Shown one piece after another: positions 22,191 through 35,420 of a stretch of DNA of 64,000 nucleotides. A program made the position numbers and the translations under genes. The stretch comes from Schmidtea polychroa (taxonomy: Eukaryota), in the NCBI GenBank assembly GCA_044892525.1, contig CM097885.1, positions 94,736,001 to 94,800,000 on the forward strand, read 5' to 3'. The notes beneath the pieces were generated by a model. That model was given only the letters and a program-made list of their open reading frames with translations. It did not search any database and was not told the DNA's origin. Every line of letters starts with the position of its first letter. Positions within the stretch are counted from its first letter, which is position 1.

Positions 22191-23841
22191 GGCTCTCTCA
22201 CTGAAATACTTGCAATTTACACCCATCATTCCTTAAGATTCGTGTTTTCTATAGAAATCCTTCATGATAATAATTTTATTTTGAATTGGGTTTACCTCTT
22301 CCAAAATACCTGCTAGATTGTTATTGTGACAATAACAAGTTCATTTCAGTAATAGTTTTATTAATTGAATATAATTTCATACAAAATGTCTACTTACTCT
22401 TTGTAAGCTGCATAATATTTCAAATAAAATTTCCCAGATTTTTTGAATATTTTTTTTGTCAGTGAAACTACAAATTTACGGGTTGAAACGAAATTATAAT
22501 AAATGTTATAACATTCAGTTAATCATTAAATTTATTTGATAATTTGACCAAATGAATATTTTGTCACCTGGTTCTCCAGTAATCCCAATGAATATATTTT
22601 GAGTTGCATATTTAAAAATTAAATTATCAAATAATTTTTTAAGAACTAATTGAAATTAAGAAAATTAATTACATCTGCTAAAAGAATATTTTTTTATGGT
22701 TATGCAAATAATTTTAAATAAGATTTGAGGGCACAAAATGTCGAGTACAAGTTATTAAGACTCAAATTAAAAAGCAAGTGCAAAAGATTAATTTAAAATT
22801 CAAAAAATCAATATTTCTCGAGGTAAATATACGAGCAAACCAACATTCGAATACGAATATAATAATTATGAATTGAATAGTTCGTTTAACTGGCCATTTT
22901 GTGGGTCACCTTCAAGGCTTGCTGTCCACTTGTTTTTGTACAGATTATGAATACGTAACACATTAACATTATGAGTTAATCAATGTAGTCAGCGACCAAT
23001 GCCGAATTGCTTGGGGTATTGATAAACTCTAGCGAAGGAGAATTTAGAAAGTTTTACTGATTTCTTCCAGAGAAAATATTCCGATATAAAAATATGGTAA
23101 AATTGAAGTAAATAAGTGAGTAGTGTCATGACTGAGAGAAGAATTTGTAAAACATATTTATAGGAAGGAACGCTGCCCAAAAATTCGAAAATTATTAGCG
23201 GTTTTATCTAAACTAAGAATTATGGGTAGATTCCTGATTAGATTTTACATCCATCAACATAGATTATGTGAAAAACAAGGTAAAGAAAGATTATAAATCC
23301 CAGTTACGAACAGATGATGATGATGGCGAAGACGTAAAGCTTTCTACAGATAGTTAGAAAAAGGGTAATGAGTATGTTTTGGTAATCGCTTTGATAATGG
23401 AGCTCACCCACTCTTTTATTCATAACCACGTTATACATTTCCAACGTGGTTTTCTAAATCTCAATAGAATTGCATTCGGTTTCTTCATTCATTTTAAATT
23501 TCTAAATAGATAAGTCCGAGTATAAAAAAGTTTCATTAAATGTTTTCAAATAAAGTTTCTTAGGCTTAAATTTCGATGCTGTACTTAAATTTTCAAATTC
23601 AAATTAAAATATTAAATTTATATCTTAATTATATCTTAATTATGGAAATTTTATTATAGTGTTGATTATATGTTATTAAGACATTAATGCCTAGTATTTT
23701 TAAAATGAAAATTCCTTTTTGATATTATGGAATTTATTGTCTATAGTAGATTATTTTAGACATTTATTTTCCATTATTTATTTTTTTAAATATTAAATTT
23801 TGCAAAATTTTTCGCTGGTATGCGGCATTATCTACAGTTCA

Positions 23842-24499
23842 ACGTACATGATATGGTTGTACGACAATCCGCCAAATAGTTCAAAGCGACAATCCACCAA
23901 AGCGACAATCCGCCAAAGCGACAATCTGCCAAAAAGTCGATAAATTTTTGTTTTAACATACATACATTTTAAATTTATTATATTTTTAAAATTTTAATAA
24001 TAAATTCTCCGCTGAAAGATAAGAATCAACTAGTAATTGTTTAATATAAAATTTTAATTAAATATTTAAACAATTTAACTGGCTGAGAAGTAAATATTAG
24101 TTTTCAATTTAATTGCAACAAATATTAATTAACATTTTGCGAATCAATATTAAAATTACTTAAACTTAATTAAACAATTCTGCAATGTTATAGTTTTAAA
24201 TTAATATTACATTTACAATTGAACAGTGAACCGGAAGAGACACCAAGTTTTAAAAGGTTTATTCCGACATTGTTTTCACACCATAATTTTTTCAAAAACA
24301 TTTTCATTTAAAAAAGATGGATGATACGCTTCCCTTTAAGCGTACAAGAAAACCAATTTTTTAGTGTTGGCGGATTGTCGTGTTGGCAGATTGTCTGTTG
24401 GCGGATTGTCATTTCGCGGATTGTCGTTTGGCGAATTGTCGTACTTGCTAGATTGTCGTGTTGGAGGATTGTCGGAATACGACATGATATTATGTACGT
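23842..24499. mobile_element. MITE/foldback with inverted subterminal arrays of ~15-nt CGACAATCYGCCAAA units
   Basis: Left ACGTACATGATAT + (gcgacaatccgccaaa)n; right (ttggcggattgtcg)n + ATATTATGTACGT; no TSD found. Confidence 0.7.
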
Positions 24500-25935
24500 G
24501 GCGGCAGATACAGCTCTACCGAAGCCGTTCATTCTTCAATACTCGTAACTAATTTTATTATTATTTTATTATAATTTTATTATTAGTTACACAATTTTTA
24601 CGGATTAATATTTTATTGTGCATTTATTGAAAATGTCTATGAATTATTAAGTTAATTTTCGTTTCCACTTTTTATTTTAATTCAATCTCTTAATTATTGA
24701 AATTATTATAAAATTATATTTGAATTTTATCATTAAATGTTTAGAAAATGTGACCTCTACAACCTGAAAAATTGAAAATTGAAATAGATTAATAATGAAC
24801 AATGAAAAATGAAAAAAAATAATAAAATTAATAAACTGACTTTAAAAGCGATCACTTTGTAAGCCGGCTGAATGGGCAGCTAAAAATTAAAATTATAAAG
24901 ATTAAGCATATTTGTGAAATTATTTATACATGAAATAAATAATCTTTTTCAGACCATCGAAATTGTTGGGGTTTGTCTAGACTCTAGACGCTAGAGTGAC
25001 GCAAAAGTAATTTAGATGGGCAAAGAAATTTAATGTGCTAATCAATAAAATTCCAAAACTTACAAAATTAAAAATTGATAAATTAATTAAAAATTAGAAA
25101 AATTTAAAATTGACGTATTTCGTATTGACATATTATATACGGTTGGCAAAATAATGAGACGAATACAAATATAAATATATAAAGTTAATGATGAGGAGGG
25201 GGGGTTCCTCAGAAAAGATATTCAAAAATATAAATTAATTAAAAATAAATAAATATTTTAGTAGGTATGTGGGAACCATGGAATGTGCACAAAATCAAAT
25301 TAATAATTAAACAAAAGCAATTTAAAATATGGATAGAAGGCGAGAATAGTGTCGTCACTAGGGTTAGTGTTACTTAGTGCGGTAACTCATGGAGTCACCC
25401 CCTCGCGACACCCCATAAACCTCCTCCGATTCCGCCAGTGCCAAATAACGGAAACATACAGAATCCTTAGCAACTTTTATAAATATGTCTTACAAAGGCA
25501 ATAGAAGAAAAAATTTATTCAAGGTCGGTTGGTAATATATTGTAAGAAGTTAAGAACTAAGGACTACATAGAAAATATATTACTTTTTTAATTGTTATTC
25601 TAACATTTAAATTTTATGACATATTAAATCTTGACTAAATCAGAACGTTTTTGTGTTTATAACTAACAGAATAGAGATATTTCTATATTTCAATAATATA
25701 ATACATTTCTCTCGATGGGCTGAAACAATGGATAAGAATAATTTCGTAGAGTGACATAGAATCAGAGACGGTGATATTTTGCATTTTGGTAATTTTTTGT
25801 AATTAAATTTTGAAAAAAGACTTTTCTTTGGATGTTTAACAATAAATTTTTCAAACTACATTATTAATATTTATATATTTATTTCAAGTTTGGTTATATA
25901 CAGTTGCCCCATTAATTAAAATACTCTTTAATGAT

Positions 25936-27800
25936 AGTAGGTAGTTAGTAGCCCACCGCAGCTTTTTGGTTACGTAAATTTTTCTGACTATAGTGAGGGG
26001 GTCTCGATTGAACCTGGGATTTACAATACAAAATATGATTCTCTTTAAAAAAGCATGGATTTTTCTAAGTAAATTAAGGTGGGTCACTTTGGTCCTGAGA
26101 TTTTGAATACAAAATCTGACTATATACTAAAAAGCATGGATATTTTTAAGTATAATTTAGGTGGGTCTCGATTGAACCTGGGATTTTCAATACAAGATCC
26201 GATTATCGATAAAAACCACATTGTAATTTAAGATCTCAGGATATTTTCAATACAAAAGGGGGTCTTCATTATAAAAGCAAGGATTTTTATAAAAAAATTA
26301 AGGTGGGTCTCCTTGGTCCTGGGGTTTTCAATAAAAAAATGGGTCTTCAATAAAAAACTATGGATATTTCTAAATTTAATTTTGGTGGGTTTCTTTGGTC
26401 CTGGGATTTTCAATACAAAAAAGCATGGTAAATTAATAATAAATAGGTAAATTATTGGGTCTAAAAATTGAATTAAAGTAAATTATGGGCTAAATTTCAA
26501 TCTAAAATTGTTATTGAAAAATATGTCATTAAAAATTATCTTTTAAAATTATTTCATTGAAATTAGCATTAAAAAATTACATTTTTCAAAATGTTGGTGA
26601 TAATAAATTTTAAAATCTTACTTTAATTTAGTTATTACATTAATTTACTCTAATTTTTAAATTTTTACTTTAAAATTTTTAACTTTTATTTAATTTAATT
26701 CTAGAGTCTAGACCATTGATCACTTAATTTTAAAATGTTGCCTTAATTTACTTAACTTTAAATTTAGCTTTAAATTTACTTAATTTAACCCTTGTTTACC
26801 AAATATAATATAGCCATTACTTTAATTAAAAAATTTGACACCATAGTTTACTGTAATTCAATTTTGTAGACCATAATTTATTTTTATTTTAAATTTAAGA
26901 CCCTAATTTACTTCAATTTGAAATTTAATTTACTGTATTTTAATTTTTAGACCCATACTTTACTTTACTTATTTGAGTACATTGATTACTTTAATTTAAA
27001 ATTTAGACCATAATTTACTGTAATTCAATTTTTAGACCTATAATTTACTTCACTTATTTAAACCCATTGATTACTGTAATTTAATTTTAGATCCATAATT
27101 TACTTTAATTTTAAAATTTGGACCTTAATTTTTCTATTTATCCTTAATTTACCATGCTTTTTTATATCGAGGACCCTTTTTAATATTGAAAATCCCAAGA
27201 CCAAGGAGACCCACCTTAAAAATACTTAGAAAAATCCATGCTTTTTTATTGAAGACCCCCTTTTTTCATTTAAAATATCCTGAGACCTTAATTTAGCATG
27301 CTTTTTGTATTGAAAATCCCAGAACCAAAGAAACCCACCGAAATTAAATTTAGAAATATCCATGGTTTTTTATTGAAGACCACCTTTTTGTATTGAAAAT
27401 ATCCCGAGACCTTTATTTACTCTGGTTTTTTTTATCGATAATCGGATTTTGTATTGTTCCATATTTTTTAATTTTCCATATATTTTCCATATATTTTAAT
27501 TTTAAAATTTAGCCCATAATTTACTTTAATTCAATTTTTAGACCCAATAATTTACCAATTTATTATTAGTTTACCATGCTCTTATATTGAAGACCCCCTT
27601 TTTGTATTGAAAATCCTCGGTTCAAGGAAACCCCCTAACTATAGTCAGAGAAATCATGGGTTTTTTTCTATAGATCCTTTTGTGTATTGAAAATTCCAGG
27701 AAAAATAAGTGAGGCCCTCTGCAGCAGTTACGTAAGCAAAAAGCAAAATAAAATTTCTGCAGCAACCCCCTACGCTGCGGGGTGCTTCTAACTACCTACT
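25936..27800. mobile_element. Non-coding long-TIR element with AGTAGGTAGTTAG termini (putative non-autonomous Polinton/Maverick or foldback)
   Basis: Inverted termini AGTAGGTAGTTAG..GCAGC; flanks AATGAT/AATTAT (5/6); internal ~60-bp subrepeats in mirror orientation. Confidence 0.65.
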
Positions 27801-28635
27801 AATTATGACAAATAGTAAATGTTGTAGATCAACTTGTTCTATAATAAAAAATATATCATATTGGATAGAATTTACTGTCGAGTCTAACTATATAAAAATT
27901 ATTTTGATTATTATTTTTTATATTGAAAATTGCATATTATATTGAAATTATTGAAAATCAATAATTTGGAAAATATTTTCATGCCATTTTGTAGAGTTTA
28001 TGAATACGAGTGGAATGATGTACAAATTCATGTTTACATGTTTTATCTACATGTTAAAAACTCGATATGGAAATAGTACAAAAATATAAAATCTATACTT
28101 TTTAGTAAATATTATATATAATTTTGTAGAGAATTAAGTCTAATAATAATGCAAAACATTATTTGAAAAATAATTTTGATTAATGAGATCCCCTCCCCCA
28201 ACAAGTTCTATTACCGCTTCACGTATTGAGGAGAGGATTTTCTAATGAATTAAAAACCAGTTTTTGTTTTAATCATTAATGAGAAATAGAAAAATCACTT
28301 TTTGGTAAAAATAAAATTCTACAATTACTTGTTTTCATTATTCATTAAAATTATTTTAATTGTTATAATCACAATTTAGTTATTATAATTTAATATTTAG
28401 CGTTGATTCTGATAAATATGTGAAGAATTGAATAAATCTGAAATTATAAAAATATAACTAATAAAGATTTAATACATTTTATAATTACTAATTCTATTCA
28501 AAATGTTATGCACTTAATCGTTATGTATACGCAATAACTCTGCAGATTCTAAATTCTCATCGTAATAAGAGAGAATTAATCCAACAGTCATGATAAAATT
28601 GTTATATATATATATATATATATGAAACCATGTCA

Positions 28636-29069
28636 TCTGCGCGGACGTCAATTGCGCGGACGTCAATTGCGCGGGTCCAACTGCGCGGACGTCAATTGCG
28701 CGGGTCNNNNNNNNNNNNNNNNNNNNNNNNNNNNNNNNNNNNNNNNNNNNNNNNNNNNNNNNNNNNNNNNNNNNNNNNNNNNNNNNNNNNNNNNNNNNNN
28801 NNNNNNNNNNNNNNNNNNNNNNNNNNNNNNNNNNNNNNNNNNNNNNNNNNNNNNNNNNNNNNNNNNNNNNNNNNNNNNNNNNNNNNNNNNNNNNNNNNNN
28901 NNNNNNNNNNNNNNNNNNNNNNNNNNNNNNACTCCGAGTCTATCCGACAAAATATTTTGTCCCCCTATGGGTAATGCTCACAAGGGTACTGCTCACGCTC
29001 AACAACTCACAAGGGTATTATTAAACAATTGACTACCCGCGCAATTGCCTACCGCGCAGTTGGACCCGC
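28636..29069. repeat. GC-rich ~15-nt tandem array (GCGCGGACGTCAATT-like) in inverted arrangement around a central module; partly gapped
   Basis: Visible units at 28636-28706 and inverted units at 29030-29069; N gaps 28707-28930 and 29070-29208. Confidence 0.7.
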
Positions 29070-29399
29070 NNNNNNNNNNNNNNNNNNNNNNNNNNNNNNN
29101 NNNNNNNNNNNNNNNNNNNNNNNNNNNNNNNNNNNNNNNNNNNNNNNNNNNNNNNNNNNNNNNNNNNNNNNNNNNNNNNNNNNNNNNNNNNNNNNNNNNN
29201 NNNNNNNNCGCGACACACCTAACAAATATTTTCGATGTAATCAAAATTTTATGCATCAAATTTTAACCCGTTTAACTTGCGGGTTTAAGAAAAAATATTA
29301 AAACAAATTATTTTTATTTTTTTTTCCTTCTCAAACTTCAATGTGATGGATGTGCTTGATGTTCTGAACAAACAACATCGAAACGAGGCAAGAGCGACG

Positions 29400-30820
29400 A
29401 CAAACTAACTCGTATTTCTTCATCAACTGTCTGCAATCTTTCACGTTTCTTTGATTTGATCTCAACCAGTGCCGAAAATCCAAGTTCACTGTGATGTAGA
29501 AAACGGAAGCAATAATTTTAACGCTTTGATGCTCAACTCGGGATAATCCTTGCCTAGAGAAATCCAAAACTCTTCCAGTTTTTTTTGTTCAAAATTAATT
29601 TTGCTGACCATGTCGTTTTTCAAATCAATAAGCTGTTCTTCTTCTTTCGTAGAAAATTTAAGACATTCGTTTGTTCCAAATGGATTCAAAATCCACTGAT
29701 AAAGGTTGACGTTTAAGGAGGGGAAAGAATTGTCGAGTGCTTTCAAAAGCATTTCCATGGTTTGGAGAGCAAGCTGAGAAATTTGATCCTTATTAGCGAA
29801 TTTATTAACGGTGGAGAGAAAATCGAAGCTTTTTCCCTGGATTTTTCTGATGAACAAGTGAAGTTTTTTCTTTGAATGAAAGAAGCTTTGATGTTACCGT
29901 CATAATACTTTCAGATGATACCTGACGACTCTTATTAAGAACATTAATTCTGTTGAAAAGATCATTAAGATATGATACCTTCAACCACCTGTCGAGTGTG
30001 ATATCCTAAACTTCAAGAAATGAAATTATTTCAGTTTTGAGATGTACAACACGCTCAAGAACTTTTACTTAGGAAAACCATCGAACCTCTGTGTGGTAGA
30101 GCAGAGTTGTAAAATCAGACTTCATCGCATCGCAAAGAAGGCCGAAAATTCTGGAGTTCAAAGGCTTTGACTTGATAATGTTGACGATCGAGACTACTTG
30201 ATTCATGACAATAAGGAGCTGAGAAGAAATTGACTTTGAGACTAAAGCTTCTCGGTGAATCATACAGTGTGTGATAGTGACTGAAGGGCTAACGAGACGA
30301 ACCAAGGCCGCGAGTCCTTTCAATTTTACTTGCAACTTGGAGCGCCATCTGTACAAACTCCGACGCATTTCTGCCATTGAAATTGATATTTCTTCACATT
30401 GTCATCGATCAAGTTGAAAACATCTCTTCCTGTAGTCGTTTCAATCAACTTCTGGTAAAACAAATATTCGTTCATTACTTCTGTACCGTGAACAAATCGG
30501 ATGAATGTAATGAGCTGTACTTTTGTGTTGATGTAGGTGGTTTCGTCAGCTTGCAGCGACCAAAATTTGGAAAATTCCTCCTCCGAGCTCTGAAAAGTCT
30601 CGATGATTTGAAATTCAATAATATGTCTTGAACCCTTCTTGAAATTATGATTGCTGACAATAGCACATTCTTCACTTTCTCAGCAGCTTCACATTCCAGC
30701 ATTGTACTAACAATAATTGAAACTGTAGGAACAATAATACTTTCAGTTATTGTGGGTGGTTTTCTTTTTTTCGCGAGTAAATAAACTACTTGGAAGCTTG
30801 CAATGAAAGGAAAAGGCATG
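29400..30820 (-). pseudogene. hAT (ZBED5/ZBED8-like) transposase relic
   Basis: ASFQVVYLLAKKRKPPTITESII; THCMIHREALVSK; LLYHTEVRWFS; WILNPF; KALKLLLPFSTS. Confidence 0.85.
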
Positions 30821-31411
30821 AAAACTTTAAATCATGAGTTAAGCTGGCGTTAGCCCGCAGATGAGGAAATATTTTTTTTAAATAAAAACAAGTTGCCTCA
30901 ACTTCAAGTAGTTTACAAAAATAGTCAATCACTTTTTATAATTCAATTTGTTTCCTTATCTTAATAAATACAAAAGTAAAATATATTATATTTCAAAGGG
31001 TATTCCGAAATTATTTAAATTGAAATGGATTATGAAAATAGAAATTATGGAGTTGTTTGGAGGATGTACTCGAAAAATTTCTAAATGTATGTGTAGGTAT
31101 TTATCATAATATTTAATACCGTGAATCCTCCAGACCGTGACTATTCGTACTTTATTTCAAAGTACTGTACTTTGTCTTCAAGCGCCGTACTTTATTTATT
31201 AATACACTTTAAAATGTCTTAAAATTAACAAAAAACAAAGTATTTAATTCCAGCCAACTTCTTTCCATATTTTTGTACGTGGTATGCATTGTTTATTAGG
31301 TGACAATTAAGTGTGGGTAATGATTGGTTTCAGTGAGCAATGCGATTTAATAAAAATGTCCAAGTGTAATGGTGTAAAATATTTTTTTACGGATGTCTAA
31401 CATTAAAATAA

Positions 31412-31629
31412 TATAAACATTACAAGCTTTGTGATACCCAGTGCAAATCCCAATAGTAGACTAGTTTCGAGCTTGTACACTTATTGGGTATTATTGTACA
31501 TATTGTATACTTACCTGGCGCGAAGATAAATCTTCGTGTCTGTTGTATAGTACTGATGAGAGCCAAAAGCTCGAAACTAGTCTACTATTGGGATTTGCAC
31601 TGGGTATCATAAAGCTTGTAATGTTTATA
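31412..31629. repeat. 63-bp inverted repeat (31412-31474 / 31567-31629); Penelope-type inverted pLTR relic
   Basis: One mismatch in 63 bp; the right arm contains the 3' half of a hammerhead ribozyme. Confidence 0.85.
31547..31588 (+). ncRNA. Minimal type I hammerhead ribozyme
   Basis: ATAGTA-CTGATGA-GAGC(CAAAA)GCTC-GAAA-C(TA)G-TC^TACTAT: complete core, 6-bp stem I, 4-bp stem II, palindromic ACTAGT stem III; predicted cut after 31582. Confidence 0.88.
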
Positions 31630-32019
31630 GTACAAATATAAGTTTATATTTTGATTGATTTTTAAATTTGTGAAGGAATTTGTCGAACTTAAAGATAAAT
31701 TAATAAGAAATCACCTATTTTGAGGTTCCCAGATTTTTCAATGTCATTAGTTTAGATACCGATGTTAGTTTTGATGTAATCCTAACAGCAGATAATAAAA
31801 CTTGGATACCCGACAGTAGAGGAATATATTTGTGACGAAACACCATATAAAATTTGTCATGCGAGATCAATGAAAATAAAAGAATATGTATCAAATAACT
31901 TTGAAATGAGAAATATGAGATAAAAAATACAAGATGATTCAAAATTGTGAAAATCTTTCTGAAGTGTAAAGTTCTAACAACTATAACAAAAGAAATAATT
32001 TTTTAAAATCCGGGAACCC

Positions 32020-32320
32020 ATGTTATTTGAAACAATGCATATTGATTTTTGTGGCCAATTGAAACAAACACAATATAGAATGAAATATATTTTTGGAATC
32101 ATCGACCAGTATAGTAAATAGGTCACTTCATACCGTTAAATCTCAAATCGAAAATATCGTAGCAATAGATTTTGTTTTAATTCAAAGCAATACGAATAAC
32201 AACGAAGATGACAGATATTTTAGAACTGTAGAAGTCGTGAAACAATTATATGAAAGAAGATACCAAGTAAAGCATGATAATGGTAACTATTTGATAAGAA
32301 ACGTGGAGTAACTGAAGTCG
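32020..32320 (+). pseudogene. Gypsy integrase C-terminal relic
   Basis: HIDFCGQL.., GIIDQYSK, and EVVKQLYERRYQVKHDNGNYLIRNVE, paralleling the integrase end of the intact element at 15670-16400. Confidence 0.65.
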
Positions 32321-32742
32321 TTTAAACTTAGGAAAATTTGAGAATATAATTGAATTAATAATTTGATAAATGAAAGTAAAATAAAGCATTAAATGAATGT
32401 ATGTTGTGTATTGATGTGGTATGCAAATTCCTTATGTGATTTTAGACCGTTTTATGGCAATTCGCGCCTATAGTGACCTTTTCATTCCAATTATGATGTA
32501 ATGATAACTATACATCATTCATATAATAAGCATGAAAATGACGATCCATATCTGTTGTTCCGATTGCTAAAATCAGCACGAATTCTAATGTTTACTTTTA
32601 AGATGCATCGACATGAATCCAATTTCAATTTGTCTCAACTTTTAAAACTTGTTTTGTAGAAACAAAAATGCGAAACGTTTTTAACTATCTTTGTAATTTT
32701 TTAGTTCATCGTTTTCATCTTCATCTCCACATATGATGGAAT

Positions 32743-33169
32743 CAGTGCTCGAAGTGGAACAAAATATGTGCCGGGATAGGCATGCTGTGGCACCCGGGAT
32801 TCCAGGCTTTTATGCAGAAATTTTCAGTTGGGGGTGTTGCAAAACTTTGGGGGGTGTCCAACAAATTTTTTTTGGGGGGGGTGTCCACCCATTTAATCAT
32901 AAGTTTCAGGGGGTGTACCTGTTTTAATGTGGGGGGGGGGGGGGCGTGTCAAACAATTTTAGAGAGAATAAAGAATATATATATATATATACATACATAT
33001 ATGGATGTACTATGTGTGACCGTAATTGCAGTATTTGTGTGCCTATAAAATGAAATAAGTACCGGGATAAACCTATAGATTATATGAAATGAAGTGCCGG
33101 GATGCAATTCCGCCTACATAATCAATGCCGGGATAATATCCCGGCTATCCCGCCTCACTTCGAGCACTG
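32743..33169. mobile_element. hAT MITE
   Basis: Perfect 14-bp TIR CAGTGCTCGAAGTG; perfect 8-bp TSD GATGGAAT. Confidence 0.9.
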
Positions 33170-33557
33170 GATGGAATATGCTGTTACAAATCCTCTTAGT
33201 AATCCTCTTAGTAACCATTTAATCATTCATTTCAACATCATCATATGAATCAGATCTGTATTGTGCTAATGTAATACTTGCTGAAGCCATTATAATTGCT
33301 TAATTATTTAACCCTTTGTGTGATTTGCCCAAACAAAATTCGGCTAGGTATTTTGCTGACACAACGATTTGCTCGAGAGTAGCTCGGGTCATTTCCCCAC
33401 CAGTCTGGAGAACGCATCGCGCGCGTTAAGACAAGTGTCTTAATTTGATTTTTTGAGAACAATTACTCACCGGCTGACCGCAAAAGTGATTAATGAATAT
33501 TAAATTACTTATTCGAACAAAATTATCACAAATAATTGCTAAATTCAAATCCTAAAA

Positions 33558-33562
<5 letters not shown>

Positions 33563-33612
<50 letters not shown>
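33563..33612. repeat. (TA)n microsatellite
   Basis: Directly visible. Confidence 0.95.
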
Positions 33613-33613
<1 letters not shown>

Positions 33614-33893
33614 TCTATATACTCTATGTACTCTATATAGTACCAATATATAGTGGTCATTAAATTTATCTACTGATCATTTGAATAATATACTAATCAT
33701 TTAGGTTATATACGAGGGTGTTCCTAAAAATTTTAATCTTTATTTTAGTGTTCTTCAAGTTGCACTTCTGTTTCAATAGTGTTAGAAAAATTATGTTAAA
33801 GAATAGGAATAGAACAATACTTAGAACTTGCACAACACAGTTATATCTTTATTAATATGATACGCCTCAACTGCTAATTTAATGGGTTGCATC

Positions 33894-34309
33894 CAACGTT
33901 CCCTCTAATTTTTTAGATATCTGAGCGGAAAATGTGCGGCGTGAGCAGTAAATTTACAGAACAAGATTTAGTGAGCGGAAAATTTGCATGAAAATTAATT
34001 AAAACAAAAATTAAAAAATTAAATATTTAATTTATTATATATGTAATTCATTTTTTCGTATATAATTCATATTTATAGCTAAAGCTACATATTGACTTAG
34101 TAATTAATGCATATTAATACTTCATTTATTTATGCAATTTACATTTCATAATGTACATACTTATCTTATAATATTCTTTTTAAATTTTAATTTTGTAACA
34201 GTATTTCTAAAAATTAAAAAAAACAAGTGCGCGGATTTAGAAAAACAGTGCGCGAATGATTTTTAGCAGCTGCGCGGCCGCGCAGCCACGCAGCTTAGAG
34301 GGAACATTG
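33894..34309. mobile_element. hAT MITE
   Basis: TIR CAACGTTCCCTCTAA / TTAGAGGGAACATTG; perfect 8-bp TSD GTTGCATC. Confidence 0.9.
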
Positions 34310-34329
34310 GTTGCATCACATTTAAAATT

Positions 34330-34800
34330 TCTTTTGTTGTAGTAAGATCATCTGTATTTAATAAATGTCCCAAATTAAGATCATTCAGGGCTTTTTCAAT
34401 GCTATGATGGACTGTTATAAATCGTTCAAGCATTGTACACAATGTGTTCCAACATGTTTTACAATCGAGCTGTAAACTCAGTTCCTTGCCATGTTTTTCT
34501 TTTATATATGCTTGTTACGCACCGGTGATTTTCTAAATAAAACAACGATTTTTCTAATTCGTGTTAATATTAATTTGAAATCCGAACGAACTTCAAATTG
34601 CATATCTTGTTGTTGTATAGTTTGGGTTTCAACATCATCACTATCGTCACAATAACTGGTATCATAACCTTGACCATTTACTTCATCCGAGTCTGAGCTT
34701 AAGGCATTACTATTTAACTGTTGAACAACATTTTTTCTATAAAGAATATCTAGAAATACATTTTTAATAAGCTCGAGCTTTTTACCCAAAAAGCTCAAGA
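34330..34800 (-). pseudogene. hAT (hobo/Hermes-like) transposase relic
   Basis: IRKIVVLFRKSPVRN followed by LDCKTCWNTLCTMLERF (the D..TRWNS motif region). Confidence 0.7.
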
Positions 34801-35059
34801 CGGGAGCTTTACAAATTAATGAAATAGTTCGAGCTTTATGACTCGAGCCAGCTCGAGTCAGCAGCTCTATTCGCTATTACAACCTTTGGATCAATGAATC
34901 ATAGCAACTTTTAAATCAATTTACATCCGTAAATCATTTCCCTCAATTCTAGATAAAATAGACACTTCTACAAATACAATTAAAACTAGTGATGTTTGAA
35001 AAGAGTTCTCAATTCTAGATTGTGTCGAAATGGTTGCATCGCCAATCAAGGAAATGCGC

Positions 35060-35420
35060 CAGCCTAAGCTAAATACTTGCGGAAAGTTTTATTACCGAAC
35101 ATGGTCAATAAAAGAGGAAGTGTTGAACCAACTCAGGTGGATGAATTCAGGAATACACTTAAGCTTGCTCACACAATAGGACGTGATGGTTTTAATGAAA
35201 TCACAGTGGATGACATACAAAAACTAGTCACGGAGGCTGAACTTAACGAAATAGATTTGATTACAATAATCAGTCAATACATTCCGATTGAAGATTGTAA
35301 ATCTGACGACAAATCCGAAGAACCCAAAGATTTCACTGTAAAAAGTATGGAAAAAGGTTTAAATATGGCGATGCATTAGGCGAATATTATTTAGAAAATG
35401 ATCCACAGCTGGAGAAAGCA
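35060..35420 (+). pseudogene. Tigger/pogo transposase C-terminal relic
   Basis: W-R-K-like start then LAHTIGRDGFNEITVDDIQKLV..ELNEIDL resembles TIGD1-type C-termini. Confidence 0.5.

Noticed and set aside
23842-24499. CRISPR-like array or real ORFs 24308-24552
   Set aside because: These are spacerless subterminal tandem repeats of a MITE; the ORFs are by-products of the repeat.
20755-29301. ORFs containing X runs
   Set aside because: Artefacts of N gaps.
31507-31680. Bona fide U1 snRNA gene
   Set aside because: Only the first ~13 nt match. No recognisable stem-loop I 70K loop, Sm site or SL IV follows; a hammerhead does instead.
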